From: Heterodontus francisci
Lineage: Eukaryota
Assembly: GCF_036365525.1 (NCBI RefSeq)
Contig: NC_090404.1
Coordinates: forward strand, 18,545,134-18,609,133
Direction: 5' to 3'
Length of the DNA stretch: 64,000 nt
Shown here one piece after another: positions 1-13,023 of the stretch (position 1 is its first letter; the number at the start of each line of letters is the position of its first letter). The position numbers and the translations under genes were made by a program. The notes under the pieces are model-generated. The model was not told where the DNA came from and searched no databases. It saw nothing but the letters and a program-made list of their open reading frames with translations.

Positions 1-56
1 TATACATTTTTGTGAAGAAGCTTTAAATGAGCAGACTATTTTATTGACTTATTGTT

Positions 57-1268
57 TCAAGACGCCCTCCTGGATGCTCCTCACAAATTCTGCCCCATCC
101 AAGCCCCTAGCACTAAGTGAGTCAATATAGGGGAAGTTAAAATCACCCACCACCACAACCCTGTTACCTTTATCCTTAGACTATGACCCCTGGTTCTGGA
201 CTCCCCCACCATCGGGAACATCCTTCCTGCATCTACCCTGTCAAGCCCTGTTGGAATTTTATAGGTTTCTATGAGATCCCCCCTCACTTTTCTGAACTCC
301 AGCAAATATAATCCTAACCAACTCAATCTCTCCTCATAGGTCAGTCCCACCATCTCAGGAATCAGTCTGGTAAACCTTCGCTGCACTCCCTCTTTAGCAA
401 GAACATCCTTCCACTCAGATAAGGAGACCAAAACTGCACACAATATTCACGGTGTGGCCTCACCAAGGCCCTGTATAATTGCAGCAAGATATCCCTGCTC
501 CTGTACTCGAATCCTCTCACTATGAAGGCCAACATACCATTTGCCTGCTTACCTTCAGTGACTGGTGTACGAGAACATCCAGATCTCGCTGCATATTCCC
601 CTATCTCAGTTTATAGCCGTTCAGATAATAATCTGCCTTCCTGTTTTGGCTACCAAAGTGGTAGCCAAATTTATCCACATTATACTGTATCTGCCATGCA
701 TTTGCCCACTCACTCAACTTGTCCAAATCACCCTGAAGCCTCTCTGCATCCTCCTCACAACTCACCCTCCCACCCAGTTTTGTGTGATCTGCAAATTTGG
801 AGATATTACATTTAGTTCCCTCATTTAAATCATTAATATATATTGTGAATAGTTGGGGTCCTAGCACCGATCCCTGCGGTACCCCACTAGTCACTGACTG
901 CCATTCGGAAAAAGACCCATTTATCCCTACTCTTTGTTTTCTGTCCCCCAACCAATTTTCTATCCATTGCAATACACTACCCCCAATCCCATGCGCTTTG
1001 TCGAAAGCCCTCTGAAAGTCCAAATACACCACAACCACTGGCTTCCCCTCATCAACTCTACTAGTTACATCCTTGAAGAATTCTAGTAGATTTGTCAAGC
1101 ATGATTTCCCTTTCATAAATCCATGTTGACTCTGTCCGATTCTACCACTGTTCTCCAAGTGCTCTGCATTAAAATCTTTGATAATGGACTCTAGAATTTT
1201 CCCCACTACTGACGTCAGGCTGACTGGTCTATAATTCCCTGCTTTCTCTCCACCGCCCTTTTTATCTG
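57..1268 (-). mobile_element. CR1 LINE ORF2 fragment (RT to C-terminus), degenerate
   Basis: ORF 601..1290 has NYRPVSLTSVVGK, QHGF, YLDFQRAFDK, SGVPQGSVLGP and FADH motifs; ORF 81..443 has the CR1 C-terminal LRGDLIETYK-type motif. Confidence 0.93.
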
Positions 1269-1269
1269 G

Positions 1270-3900
1270 TTTTATCTGGTGCATCAACAAAGAAAAAATT
1301 CCCTTTCTCTTCAGGTGTAAAGAAATGCAAGCTCCAGCAGATCATCTGTACCAATGACCTTCCAGATCTTTCTTCCTCTTCTCTTCCCTCTGACTCCATC
1401 CCTTCTCCTAATCTGACCCCTTGCCATGTATTCACAATACCCTCTGACCTTCCCATCTCTGACACTGAACAATCTATACTTCGCAAAGGTCTCGGTTGTA
1501 TCCCCTTGTGCCCCAGCTCAATGAATTTTGTTCTCAGCATGACGTTGAACTCTTCTTCCCATCGTCTTCTCCTCCAGGCTCACTATTTTGGTGAAGAAGA
1601 ACCAGAAGACCCATTCACCCACCTCCAATATTCTTCCTTTACTTTGTCCCCCCCCCCCCCACTCACCCCCCAGCCCCACCCCCCAGCCTCTTTCCCGCTC
1701 TTTATCTTTTCATTGAGAACTGTCTGCGTGGCACTGACCATCTTAATTTCACCACTCCCCTCACTCACTCTAACCTGTCTCCCTCTGAACTTGCTGCACT
1801 ACCTTGGAGAGGCTGAGCATCAACTCTCAGACACTTCTTGTTACCTCCCCTGGACCATGACCCACCGCTGAACATCAAGCCACTGTCTCCAGGACTGTCA
1901 CTGACCTCAGCTCCTCTGGAGATCTTCCCTCTACAGCTTTGCACTTCATAGTCCCACAACCACGGACAGCCCACTACTAGCTCCTTCCCAAAATCCACAA
2001 ACAGGACTTTTCTGGTAGAGCCTGTTCCTGTCCCACGGAACTTATTTCTCACTATATTGACTCTATTTTTCTCCCCTTGTCCAGTTTTTCCCCACCTACA
2101 TCCGTGATTCTTCAGATACCCTACATCATTTTGACAATTTCCAGTTTCCTGGCCCTACCCGCCTCCTCTTCGCAATGGACGTCCAATCTCTCTACACCTA
2201 CATTTCCCACCAGGACAGTCTGAGGGCTCTCTGCTGCTTCCTTGAACAGAGGCCCAACCAGTCCACATCCATCACCACCCTCCTCTGGCTGGCTGAACTT
2301 GTTTTCACATTGAACAACTTCTCCTTCAACTCCACTCACTTCCTCCAAATAAAAGGTGTTGCTATGGGTACCCGCATAGGTCCAAGTAATGCCTGTCTAT
2401 TTGTAGGGTGTGTAGAATATTCCTTGCTCTAGTCCTACTCATGCCCCCTCCTCGAACTATTTTTCTGCTACACAGATGTGTGCCATTCCCTGCTCCCACC
2501 CCGAACTGGAAAACTTAATTCACTTTACTTCCAATTTCAACTCTTCACATGGTACATCGTGGACACTTACTTTACCTTCCTCGACTTCTCTGAATCCATT
2601 TCTGGGGATAGGCTGTCTATTAATATTCATTTAAGCCCACCGACTCCTACGGCTACCTCGAATGCACTTCCTCACGCACTGCCTCCTGTCCAGACTCCAT
2701 TTCATTCTCACAGTTTCTCCATCCTTGACACATCTCTTCTGATGATGTAACATTCCACAACAACGCTTCTGATATGTCTTCCTTTTTCCTCAACAGATGA
2801 TCCCCGCTTCCCCCTCCCCCCCACCGCTGTGGTTGATAGGGCCCTCGACCGTGTCTGACCTATTTTATGCACTTCTTCCCTCACCACTTCTTTTCCCTCC
2901 AGAACAGCGACATGGTTCTCCCTTGTCCTCATTTTCCACCCCTCCAGCCTCCACATCCAAAGGATCATCCTCCTCCATTGCTGCCAGCTCCAGCATGTTG
3001 AGACCGCCAAACACATCTTCCCCTCCCGTGTCAGCATTCCGAAGGGACCGTTCTCTCCGTGACACCCTGGTCCACTTCTCCATCACCCCTGACACCTCTC
3101 CCTTCCCATGGCACCTACACATGCTATCACAGGAGGTGTAACACCTGCCCTGTTACCTCCTCTCTCCTCACCACCCAAACACTGCTTCCAGGTGAAGCAG
3201 CGATTGACTCTTTTCAATTTAGTATACTGTATTCGTTGCTCACCATGCGGTCTCCCATACACTGGGGAGACCGAAGGCAGATTGGGTGATGCCTTTGTGG
3301 CACACCTCCACTCAGTCCGCAAGCATGACCTCGCACTTCCGGTTGCTTGCTATTTTAGATCACCACCTTACTCTCACGCCCACATTTCTGTCCTTGGCCT
3401 GCTGCAGTGTTCCAGTGAAGTTCAAAGCAAGCTCGAAGAACAGCACCTCAACTTCCAATGAAGCACTCTACAGCCCTCTGGACTCAACATTGAGTTCAAC
3501 AACTTCAGACCATGACTGACATTTTGATTTTTTTTTTAACCACACACGAGTCTTAAACTTGTTTGTCACGTGTTTGCTTTCAGACAGAGCTCTTCAATAT
3601 TCTGCTATTAACCCTTTTACTGGACCAATGCTTTGTTTTTTATTGCAGCTATTACTACTCCCTTTGCCTTTTGTTCCATGACATCTTTGTTTTTAATCTC
3701 GGTCGCCCTCTGATCTGTCACAGATCTCGTCTTTTGTTTTTCTTCTCTCCCCACCCCTTTCACCTGCGCTAAACCTATTACATTTCTAAGCTTTAGCAGT
3801 GCTGATGGACTGTCACAGACTTGAAATGTTAACTCTGTTAACTCCCCACAGATACTTCCAGACCCTCTATATATTTCCAGCATTATCTCTTTTTATTTAC
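1270..3900 (+). mobile_element. Penelope-like retroelement (RT + GIY-YIG endonuclease), degenerate, with terminal repeat tail
   Basis: MDVQSLYT...LNNFSFN...QIKGVAMGT (PLE RT) at 2175-2432; LVYCIRCSPCGLPYTGET (GIY-YIG-like) at 3108-3461; tail at 3790-3900 is similar to copies at 57.7 and 63.8 kb. Confidence 0.9.
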
Positions 3901-4059
3901 TCTCCTTTTTCTACACTGTATCGACCAGTTTAATGTCATACACTGGCCTTTTTTTCAAATCTCCCAGTGACCAGTTATTTTTTGTGGTGATGACTCCTTC
4001 AGAGCAGTAAGTAGGGGTAACCCAGTTGCTTTCTCGGTCTCGCTTGATACTAGCGATAG

Positions 4060-4460
4060 TAGCTCTCATGTTTCAGCCGTGGTAGCTCTCTTGCCTCTCA
4101 GTCAAATGGTTGTGGCCTCATGTCTCATTCGAGGCTGACGTTAAGTGAAGTACTGAGGGAGTCCAGCACTGTCAGAGATGCGGTCTTTGAGATGAGACAA
4201 GGTTGTTTCTACTCTCTCTGTTCAATGTTAAAAATCCAATGGCACTATTTTGAAGAAAGGAAGATGAGTTCTCCCGTGTCAATGTTTATCGCTTAACCAA
4301 TATCAGTAGACCTTATTATCTGGTCATTTATTTATTTGATGTTTGTGGAACCTTACTGGTGCACGTGCACTGCCATGATTTCCTACTTTACAGTAGTGAA
4401 TGCCCTTCAAAAATACTTCATTGGCTGCAAAGCACTTTGAGGCCTGCCTATGGAAATGAA
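4060..4460 (+). mobile_element. DeuSINE/SacSINE1-like SINE, old
   Basis: tRNA-like head, core gtactgagggagtccagcactgtcagag and tail cttcattggctgcaaagcacttt; homologous to 56370-56775 and 62290-62470; family name from recall. Confidence 0.65.
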
Positions 4461-4489
4461 AGACAACTTATTTATTGCTCTCAGTTGTA

Positions 4490-4770
4490 ACACATTCACT
4501 CCAAGGTCCCTCACTTCCTCTACACTTCTCAGTATTTTCCCATTAATCGTGCATTCGCTTTGCCTTGTTTGACCTCCCCAAATGCATCACCTCACACTCC
4601 TCCAGGTTGAACTCCATTTGCCACTTTTCTGCCCATCTGACCAGATCATCATTATCTTCCTGCAGCCTACAGCTATGCTCCTCGCAATCTACCACATGGT
4701 CAATCTTTGTGCCGTCTGCAAACGTCTCGATCATGCCCCCTACGTTTACGTCCAAATCGTTAACATATGT
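4490..4770 (-). mobile_element. CR1 RT fragment
   Basis: YVNDLD...FADGTK...WAEKWQMEFN...CEVMHLG in ORF 4543..4890. Confidence 0.85.
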
Positions 4771-5169
4771 TTGTACATCATTTCGCTGGAAATCTCGGGA
4801 AGATGGTCCTGTATTTTTTGTGCACATTTGAGCGCATCTCATAGAAGTCATTTTAATCTGTTTCATTAATGGTTGATGAGGTAAGCACACATTTGCATTA
4901 CAATCATTACAATCTCTGCCGTTGTAATTTGAGGAGCATTTTCTTTCAAAATTGTACAGCTGATGAACCTCTCCTATAAGTTACTTTCACATCTGTTCCT
5001 GTAAAAGAATTCGAATGCATATACTGAGGCAGAAAATTATGAATTTATGGGGTAGATGTTCGTGAAAATATGACGCTGTATTGAGGTAAAGGATGATCAG
5101 GCACTCACTGTCACATGTTCAATGTATAAATGTACACTGTAACTTGCATGGTCTTTAAAGTGGTGTTGG

Positions 5170-5550
5170 TATTTCAACAAAACAACGTGATGCCCCTCCA
5201 TAAGATGTTCTGGTAACAACTGATATCAATAGAACAACAAGTAACTCCTCCATATGATATTCCATGACGCCTAGAATCAATAGGCCAATGTGTAACCTCT
5301 TCATATATCTCCTGACCATTGATATCAGTGGAACAACACGTGACTCCTCCATGATATTCCGTTATGACTAATATCTGTACAGTAACGGCAAACTCCTCTA
5401 TGTTCCCTTGACAAATATTATCAGTAGCACAACACGTATCTCCTCCATATGATATTCCCTAGCAACTAATATCAGTGCAACAAATCTTCCCCAGAACGTT
5501 CCCTGGCAACCATTATCAGCGGAACGACGTCTGACTCTTCCAAGTAACAT
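5170..5550. repeat. Degenerate tandem repeat, unit about 50 bp, about 7-8 copies
   Basis: Recurring atatcagtggaacaacacgtgactcctccatatgatattcc-like unit. Confidence 0.75.
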
Positions 5551-5919
5551 CCACTGGCATGACTTTAACAGAGGTCTTTTACAACATAGTGGTCAGAGTA
5601 TCTCACTGAGGAATGACATGTGAATTTGTTATAGCTGCAACCATATCTGGGGTTGCAAACAATTGGGAGCCATTCAGCCACTCTAGCCTGTTCCGAAATG
5701 TAATTGCTTCATAGCAGATCGTCATGTTAACTCCAGTTACTCACCTTGGTTCCCTATCCCTTAATACATTTACCTAACAAAAATCTATCTATCATAGCTT
5801 TAAAATTTTCAGTTGCACGAGCCTCAATCGTCCTTTGGAGGCAGGCGGAATGTTTTTCAAACCACTTTTTACATATCTCTCTCTGCTCAATGTTTGTTTT
5901 GCGGAGATAGTGCATGTGC

Positions 5920-7815
5920 TGGCTTTGGTTTTCCAAAATTCCCTAGTTTCTGGAATGGTTCCAGCAGATTGGAAGTGAGCAAATGGAAGACTGCTATTTA
6001 GTAAAGGAAGGAGACAAAAAACAGGGACCTGCAGGCCAGAATCTATTATTAACAATGCAATTAACATTAGCAAAACATATTACTATTAGACAAAGTCAAC
6101 ATGGTTTTACGAAAGGGAAATCATGTTTGACAAATTCATCAGAGATTTTCCAGGGTTTGTAACTAGTAGAGCAGACAATGGTAAACCAGTAGATGTAGTA
6201 TACTTGGATTTCCAATCGGCATTCAAAAAGATGCCACACAAGAACTGGAATAGCCATATAAATACCGTGGCTAAAAGAACAGGTCAAAGGCTAGAAATCC
6301 TGTGGTGAGTAACTCATCTCCTGACTCCCCAAAGCCTGTCGACCATCTACAAGGTACAAGTATGATGGAATACTCTCCACTTGCCTGGATGGGTGCAGCT
6401 CCAACAACACTCAAGAAGCTCGACACCATCCAGGACAAAGCAGCCCACTTGATTGTCACCCCATCCACAAACATTCACTCCCTCCACCACCAACACACAG
6501 TGGCAGCAGTGTGTTACCGTCTACAAGATGCACTGCAGCAACGCACCGAAGCTCCTTCGACAGCACTTCCCAAACCCACGACCTGTACCAACCAGAAGGA
6601 CAAGAGCAGCAGATGCATGGGAACATCACCATCTGCAAAGTTCCACTCCAAGCCACACACCATCCTGACTTGGAACTATATCGCTGTTCCTTCACTGTTG
6701 CTGGGTTAAAATCCTGGAACTCCCATCCTAACAGCACTGTGGATGTACCTACCTCACATGGACTGCAGCAGTTCAAGAAGGTGGGTCACCACCACCTTCT
6801 CAAGGGCAATTAGAGATGGGCAATAAATGCTGGCCTAGCCAGCGATGCCCACATCCCATGAATGAATACAAAAAGGGTTAACACTCAAGATAAGGGCTCT
6901 TGGCGTTGTGGGTAAGAAATTAGCATGGATAGAGGGTTGGTTAATGGACAGGTAGTGAAGATAAATGGGGCATTTTCAAATTCAAGTCGAGTGATGCAAG
7001 GATCAGTGCTGGGGCATTAGTTATTTACAATCTATATTAATGACTTAGGCGAAGAGACAGAGGGTAATGCATCTAAGTTTGCTGATGACACGAAGTTAGG
7101 TGGAAATGCAAGCTGTGAGGAGGACACAAAGAGGTTGAACAGAGAAAAGAGAGGTTATGTGAGTGGGCAACAAGTGGTAGATAGAATATAATCTGGGAAA
7201 GTGTTTATTCACTTTGGTCGTATGAATCGAAAAGCATAGATATTTTTTGGAAGGCACGAAACGTGTAAATGGTGATGTTCCGAGAGACTTGGATGTACTC
7301 ATACAAGGAAGACAGAAAGTTCACATGCAGGTACAGCAAACAATTAGGAAAGGAAACGTCATTTTGGCCTTCAGTTCAAGGGAATTGGAGTACAAAAATA
7401 AAGAGGTCTTGTTACAATTGTACGGGGCTTTGGTGAGACCACAGCTGAAATACTGCGTGCAATTTAAGTCTCCATATTTAAGGAAGGATATTCTTGCATT
7501 GGAGGCAGTACAGCGGAGGTTCACCAGATTGGTCCCTGAGGTGGGAGGGTTGTCCTCTGATAAGACACTGAGTAAATTGGGTCTATATTCTCTGGAGTTT
7601 AGAAGAATGAGAGGTGATGCCATCGAAACATTTAAGATTATGAAGGGACTTGACAGAGTAGATACTGAGACGTTGTATCGTCTGGCTGGTTAACCTAGAA
7701 GAAGAGGGCACATTTTAAGGTGAAGGTGCCAATCATTTTGTACTGAGATGAGGAGAAATTTGTTCACTCAATGGGTTGTGAATCTTTACATGCACCATCA
7801 TTGAATATATTTAGC
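5920..7815 (+). mobile_element. CR1 ORF2 fragment interrupted by a second LINE
   Basis: VDVVYLDFQSAF at 6123-6240; LYGALVRPQLKYCVQF...LEAVQRRFTRL in ORF 7247..7693. Confidence 0.85.
6250..6873 (+). mobile_element. 3' fragment of a distinct CR1/L2-group LINE
   Basis: MEYSPLAWMGAAPTTLKKLDTIQDKAAHLI...SLHH; 3' tail gggcaataaatgctggcctagccagcgatgcccacatcccatgaatgaat. Confidence 0.8.
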
Positions 7816-8519
7816 ACGTTATATCTTTCCTCGCTCTTCCTACCAAAATGTATCACCTCACACGTTTCTGAGTTGAATGTTGTTGCCATGCATTCACCAA
7901 TTCCACCATCCCATGTCCTCTTGAAGATTATTATGTTGACCTCATTTTAAACATTATGTCATCTACAATGCTTAAAATTGAACCCCCATCCCCAAATACA
8001 GGTCATTGATGTATATCAATAACAGCAGTGGTCAGAGCAGTGAACCTTGGGGAAACGTCACTACATATCTCCCTCCAGTGCAGTAAACAGGCATTCACCA
8101 CAACCCTTTGTTTTGTATGCATTGTACAATCATCCCTTTTGTCTGTTAATCTCCCATGCCTTCCACCTGATCATAAACTTTCCATTTTGCTTTTTTCTCC
8201 CCTCTCCCCTTTCCCGGCCTCTGTAAATTGCTCAAAACCAGTTACATCACTTTTTTCCATTTCCCAGTTAAGGTTATTGATCTGAAAGATTAACTCTGTT
8301 TCCAGTATGCCTGTCCAGGTGGTTATTTGTTTTCTCCTGGTTTATTGTTTCGAAGTGTTTCCCCACCACCAATGTCAAACTGACTGCTCTATCATGGCCA
8401 GTCTTATCCTTCCTCACTTTTCTGCACAGGAAGTATAATTTGCAATCCTCCAGTCCTTTGTGGCCACCCCTGTATCTAAGGAAGATTGGAAGATTGTTGC
8501 CAGGAGTTCTGCAATTTCT

Positions 8520-9630
8520 ACATACGTACGAAAGTACCATCGAATTAGGAGCAGGAGTGGGCCACTCGGCCCCTCGAGACTGCTCCACTATTCAATAAGA
8601 TCATGGCAGACCTGACTGTAACCTTGACTCCACATTGCCGCCTACCCCGAATAACCTTTCACCCCCTTGCTTATCAAGAATGTATCTACCTCTGCCTTAA
8701 AAATATTTAAAGACTCTGCTTCCACTGCCTTTTGAGGAAGAGAGTTTCAAGAGAGAAAAAAAATCTTCTCACCTCTGTCTTAAATGGGCAACCCCTTATT
8801 TTTAAACCGTGACCCCTAGTTCTAGATTCTCCCACAAGGGGAAACATTCTCCCACAAGGAGAAACATCTTTTCCACATCCACCCTGTCAAGACCCCTCAG
8901 GATCTTATATGTTTCAATCAAGTCACCTCTTACTCTCCTAAACTCCAGCGGATACAAGCCTAGCCTGTCCAACCTTTCCTCATACGACAACCTGCTCATT
9001 CCAGGTATTAGTCTAGTAAACCTTCTCTGAACTGCTTCCAACGCGTTTACATCCTTTCTTAAATAAGAAGACCAATACTGTTCACAGTACTCCAGATGTG
9101 GTCTCGCCAATGCCCTGTATAACAGACATTTTGTATTAAATTCCCCTCGTAATAGCAACAACATTCTATTAGCTTTCCTAATTACTTGCTGTACCTGCAT
9201 ACTAATCTTTTGCGATTCATGTACTAGGGCACCCAGATCCCTCTGCATCTCAGAGCTCTGCAATCTCTCAACTTTTAGATGCTATGTTCTTTTTTATTCT
9301 TCCTGCCAAAATGGACAACTCCACATTTTCTCACATTATTCTCCATTTGCCAGATCTTTCCCCACTCACTTAGCCTATCTATCTCCCTTTGTGGCCTCCT
9401 TATGCCCTGTTGACAACTTACATTCATACCTATCTATGTGTCATCAGCAAATTTAGCTACCATACCTTCGGTTCTGTCATTCAATTCATTAATATAAATT
9501 GTAATAATTGAGGCCCCAGCATTGATCCCTGTGGCATGCCACTCGTTACAACTTGCCAACCAGAAAATTATCCATTTATGCCTACTCTCTATTTTCCTGT
9601 GAGCTCGCTAATCTTTTATCCATGCCAATA
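8520..9630 (-). mobile_element. CR1 3' fragment with tail (further minus-strand CR1 pieces at 7820-8130, 8300-8520, 9820-10015, 10810-11340)
   Basis: ORF 8802..9263 LYRALARPHLEYC...RVRGDLIETYKILRG; 3' hairpin tail near 8545-8600. Confidence 0.88.
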
Positions 9631-9636
9631 TGTTCC

Positions 9637-9817
9637 AGAATGCAATTAGACCCCTGTGTGTCCCCACTCCCTCTTCCCTTTAAGAATGCAGAGTTAGACC
9701 CCTGCATATCCCCCCTCCCTCCTCCCTTTAAGAATGCAGAGTTAGACCCCTGCATCTCCCCCCCTCCCTCCTCCCTTTAAGAATGAAGAGTTAGACCCCT
9801 GTGTATTCCCCTCTCCA
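9637..9817. repeat. Minisatellite, unit about 48 bp, about 4 copies
   Basis: agaatgcagagttagacccctgcatatcccccctccctcctcccttta repeated in tandem. Confidence 0.9.
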
Positions 9818-10016
9818 TGGCCTTGACATCCTTCCTGGTGTAAGATCCCAAAACTTGACCCAATATTCTAACTGCAGCCTAACCAATGGTTTGTTTACAT
9901 GACCTCTGACCTTTTGTACTCCACACCCAGAATTATAAAACTAGGATCCCATGTGCTTTTTAACCACTTTATCAACTTGTCCTCCCACTTTTAAAGGCTT
10001 GTGTCTCTGAACCCCT

Positions 10017-10800
10017 TGTTGGGTTTAGAAATATTTACATAATATGGCTAAAATACATTGACATCCAATATCTGATATAATGTGTATTGTGGGATGTAGA
10101 AGTTTAATCTGAATTAGAAACTCAAACAGGCACTTCACTGCAGACAGGTCACCATGGCAACACTGATAAGACATTCCATTCCATAGAATTAGCTCATTGG
10201 AAACTCTAATCAGATCAGGGGAAAGGACAGGGTTTGTCTGTTATTAACCACAATATAAACTGAAACTGGAGTGAGTCATAGAATAGATTCGATTATAATG
10301 TCTGATGTTTATATCTATAATTGTGAAACTGTAAGAAATAACAGGATTAACAGTAGGCAGGGTAGTTTAGGGATAATGAGAACATTACTGAAGAAAAGGA
10401 GTCACTGGGAACCAGGGAATGTGTCCTTGTAAATCACAGATTGGAGAAGTTCCAGCTGTCTTTTCCTCACTTCCCATCAAAACCCAGCAGTGAAGACAAA
10501 GAAGAGTCAGGTGCCAGAGCTGGATCACTCCAGGGTATAAAAGTGAGGGGATACTGATGTAAGGGGGCAGTCGGGACTGGAGACACCAGAGATCAAGCTC
10601 AGGGTGTCTGAGGTTCCATCCAGTGGGCTAACCTCGTGTATGTGACTGTGGACACGCGGGACTTGCATGTTTACTCTAATTGATGGATCAATATAAGATA
10701 TGGTAGAGGACAGAGAATCTGCTCAGCTTATATTTCTTAACAAGGAATTAAAATTCCTGGGACTGGACTCTCCAACCTGCTAAGACAAGGTGTTAGCTAG
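10017..10800 (+). mobile_element. Possible solo LTR inserted in CR1
   Basis: About 0.8 kb of non-CR1 sequence starting TGTTGGG that interrupts a CR1; TATA-like gggtataaaag near 10533; ends and TSD not resolved. Confidence 0.35.
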
Positions 10801-11339
10801 AACCTTCCACCTCTTTACTGTTCTGCTCTTCTACTCCTTTTAAACCTATCCCATTTAATGTACACTTCCTCCCATTTCGTTCCTCCCAATATCTATCATG
10901 TCACATTTCTATGTGGTAAGTTTCAACTGACATCTCCCTGTCCCATTTCCTAACCGTTGTATTCATAATGAGTCACTTATATTCCTCCTCACAGTTCCCC
11001 ACGTTCACTATTTTAAAGTCGTCTGAAGATTTTGACCTTGTGCCCCATATACCCAAGCCCAGATCATTTCTCTATATTGAGAAAAGCAATGCTCCCAACA
11101 CTGACCCTGGGGAACACCGCTGTTTCCATCCCTCCACTCAGTACATCCATTAACCACGATTCTCTGTTTTCTGCCCTTTACCCAATTTCCTATCCACGCT
11201 GCCCCACTCCCTTAAATTCCGTGAGCTTTAATTTTACCAACAAACCTCCTGTCTGACACCTTATCAAACACCTTTTGACAATCCATCTACACAACATCCA
11301 CTGCATTTCTTTTCTCAGTGCACACTGTTGTTCCTTGAA

Positions 11340-11630
11340 ATAATCCCTGTTGTCTGTCCTGAATGAATCCACTTCACTAACAAATGTTGAAATGTTTGCT
11401 CCACACCCACAGGGTTTCATCTGTTTAAAGCCACAACAGAACAAGAACAGTTTGCTCCTGGAGTTTGAGAGAAATCAGCTTTCACAATGATACAGAGTTT
11501 CAGCCAACGAGGGAGATCCGGGATCAGCTCCGCCCACTCAGTCACTCCGATTGTTTGGCGGACTGGTCAGGGAGTGTCTGTAAGTGGAGGAGAAATGGAG
11601 ACTGGTCAGGGAGTGTCTGTAAATGACCAA
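11340..11630 (-). promoter_or_regulatory. Relic of ZNF-family promoter/5' region
   Basis: Inverted homologue of 57185-57410; ctccgcccactcagtcactccgattg resembles 29438-29462; flanked by the ggtcagggagtgtctgtaa repeat also found at 56790-56960. Confidence 0.55.
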
Positions 11631-11789
11631 GGATTGCTATTCAGTTCGAAGGATGGTACCAGCTCTCTGGAAGATATTGACAGATTGGTGCAATGGGCAG
11701 ATACATGACAGATGAAATTTAATGCGGTAAAGTGTAAAGTAATGCATTTTGGAAAGAAGAATGGGGAGAGGCTACACAAACTAAATGCA

Positions 11790-12197
11790 GAGATGGCCGC
11801 ATAGTGATGATGTCACTGGATGAGAAATGCAGAGGCCCATGTGAATGAGTTCAACAAGGGTTCAAATCCCAGCATGCCAGCTGGTGGAATATAAATGTAA
11901 TCAATAAAAGTCTGGCATTTAAAGCTAGTCCCAGTAATGGTGCCAGGGAACTATCATCGATTGTTGTAAAAACCCTTCTGGTTCACTCATGTCCTTTGGG
12001 GAAGGAAATCTGCCGTCCTTACCCGGTCTGACCTCCATGTGACTCCTGACCCACAGCAATGTGGTTGAGTCTTCACTGCCCTCTGAAATGACCGAGCCAG
12101 CCATTCAATTGTCAAGGGCAATTAGGGATGGGCAAAAAAGTTGCTGGTCTTGCCGGCGACACCCACATCCCATGAAAGAATACAACAACAACAAAAA
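11790..12197 (+). mobile_element. tRNA-derived SINE sharing its 3' tail with the LINE at 6250-6873; inserted in a CR1 (about 11660-13023)
   Basis: B-box ggttcaaatcc near 11859; tail caagggcaattagggatgggcaa...cccacatcccatgaaagaat. Confidence 0.75.
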
Positions 12198-13023
12198 ATC
12201 ACAGTGTAGGATCAGAGATATCTGGGGGGTGCATGTACACAAATCTTTGAAGGTGACAGTACAAATTCATAAAGCTGTTTAAAAAGCAGACCAGATCCTT
12301 GGCTTTATAAACAGAACTCTGGAGTAAACAAGCAAGGAGGTTCTGCTAAACCTTTATAAATCACTAGTTAGATCTCATAGAAACATAGGAAATCGGAGCA
12401 GGAGCAAGCCATTTAGCCCCTCGAGCCTGCTCCACCATTCAACTAGATCATAACTGATCAACCTCAACCCCATTTTCACACACGATCCCCATATCCCTTG
12501 ATATCTTTAACATCTAGGAATCTCTTGATTTTTGTCCTGAACATATCAATGACTGAGTCTCCACAGCATACTCAGCAGGGGTATTGTGTCCACTTCTGGG
12601 CACCAGATTTTGGAAAAGAATCAAGGCCTTGCAGAGGAGATTTACTAGAATGATACCAGGGATGAGGAGTTCCAGTTCTCTGGAGAAGCTGGGATTGTTC
12701 CCCTGAGAGCAGAGAAGGTTAAGGGTAGATTTAACAGACATGTTCAAAATGATGAGGGATTTTCATTGAGTAGAGAGGGAGACACTGTTTCCACTGGCAG
12801 GAGGGTTAGTAACCAGAGGACAGAGATTTAAAATAATTGACCAATAAAGCCAGTGGGAGGAGGTGAGGAGACATGTTTTCAGACAGTGAGTTGTTCTGAT
12901 CTGGAATGCACTGCCTGAAAGGGTGGAGGAAACAGATTCAATAATAACTTTCAAAAGGGAATTAGATAAAAACTTCAGAGGGGAAATTTCCAAGGTTCTG
13001 GGGAAAGTGTAGAGGAGTGAGAC

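Noticed and set aside
5170-5550. CRISPR-like array
   Set aside because: Whole units are degenerate copies with no constant repeat plus unique spacer; vertebrate context and no cas genes
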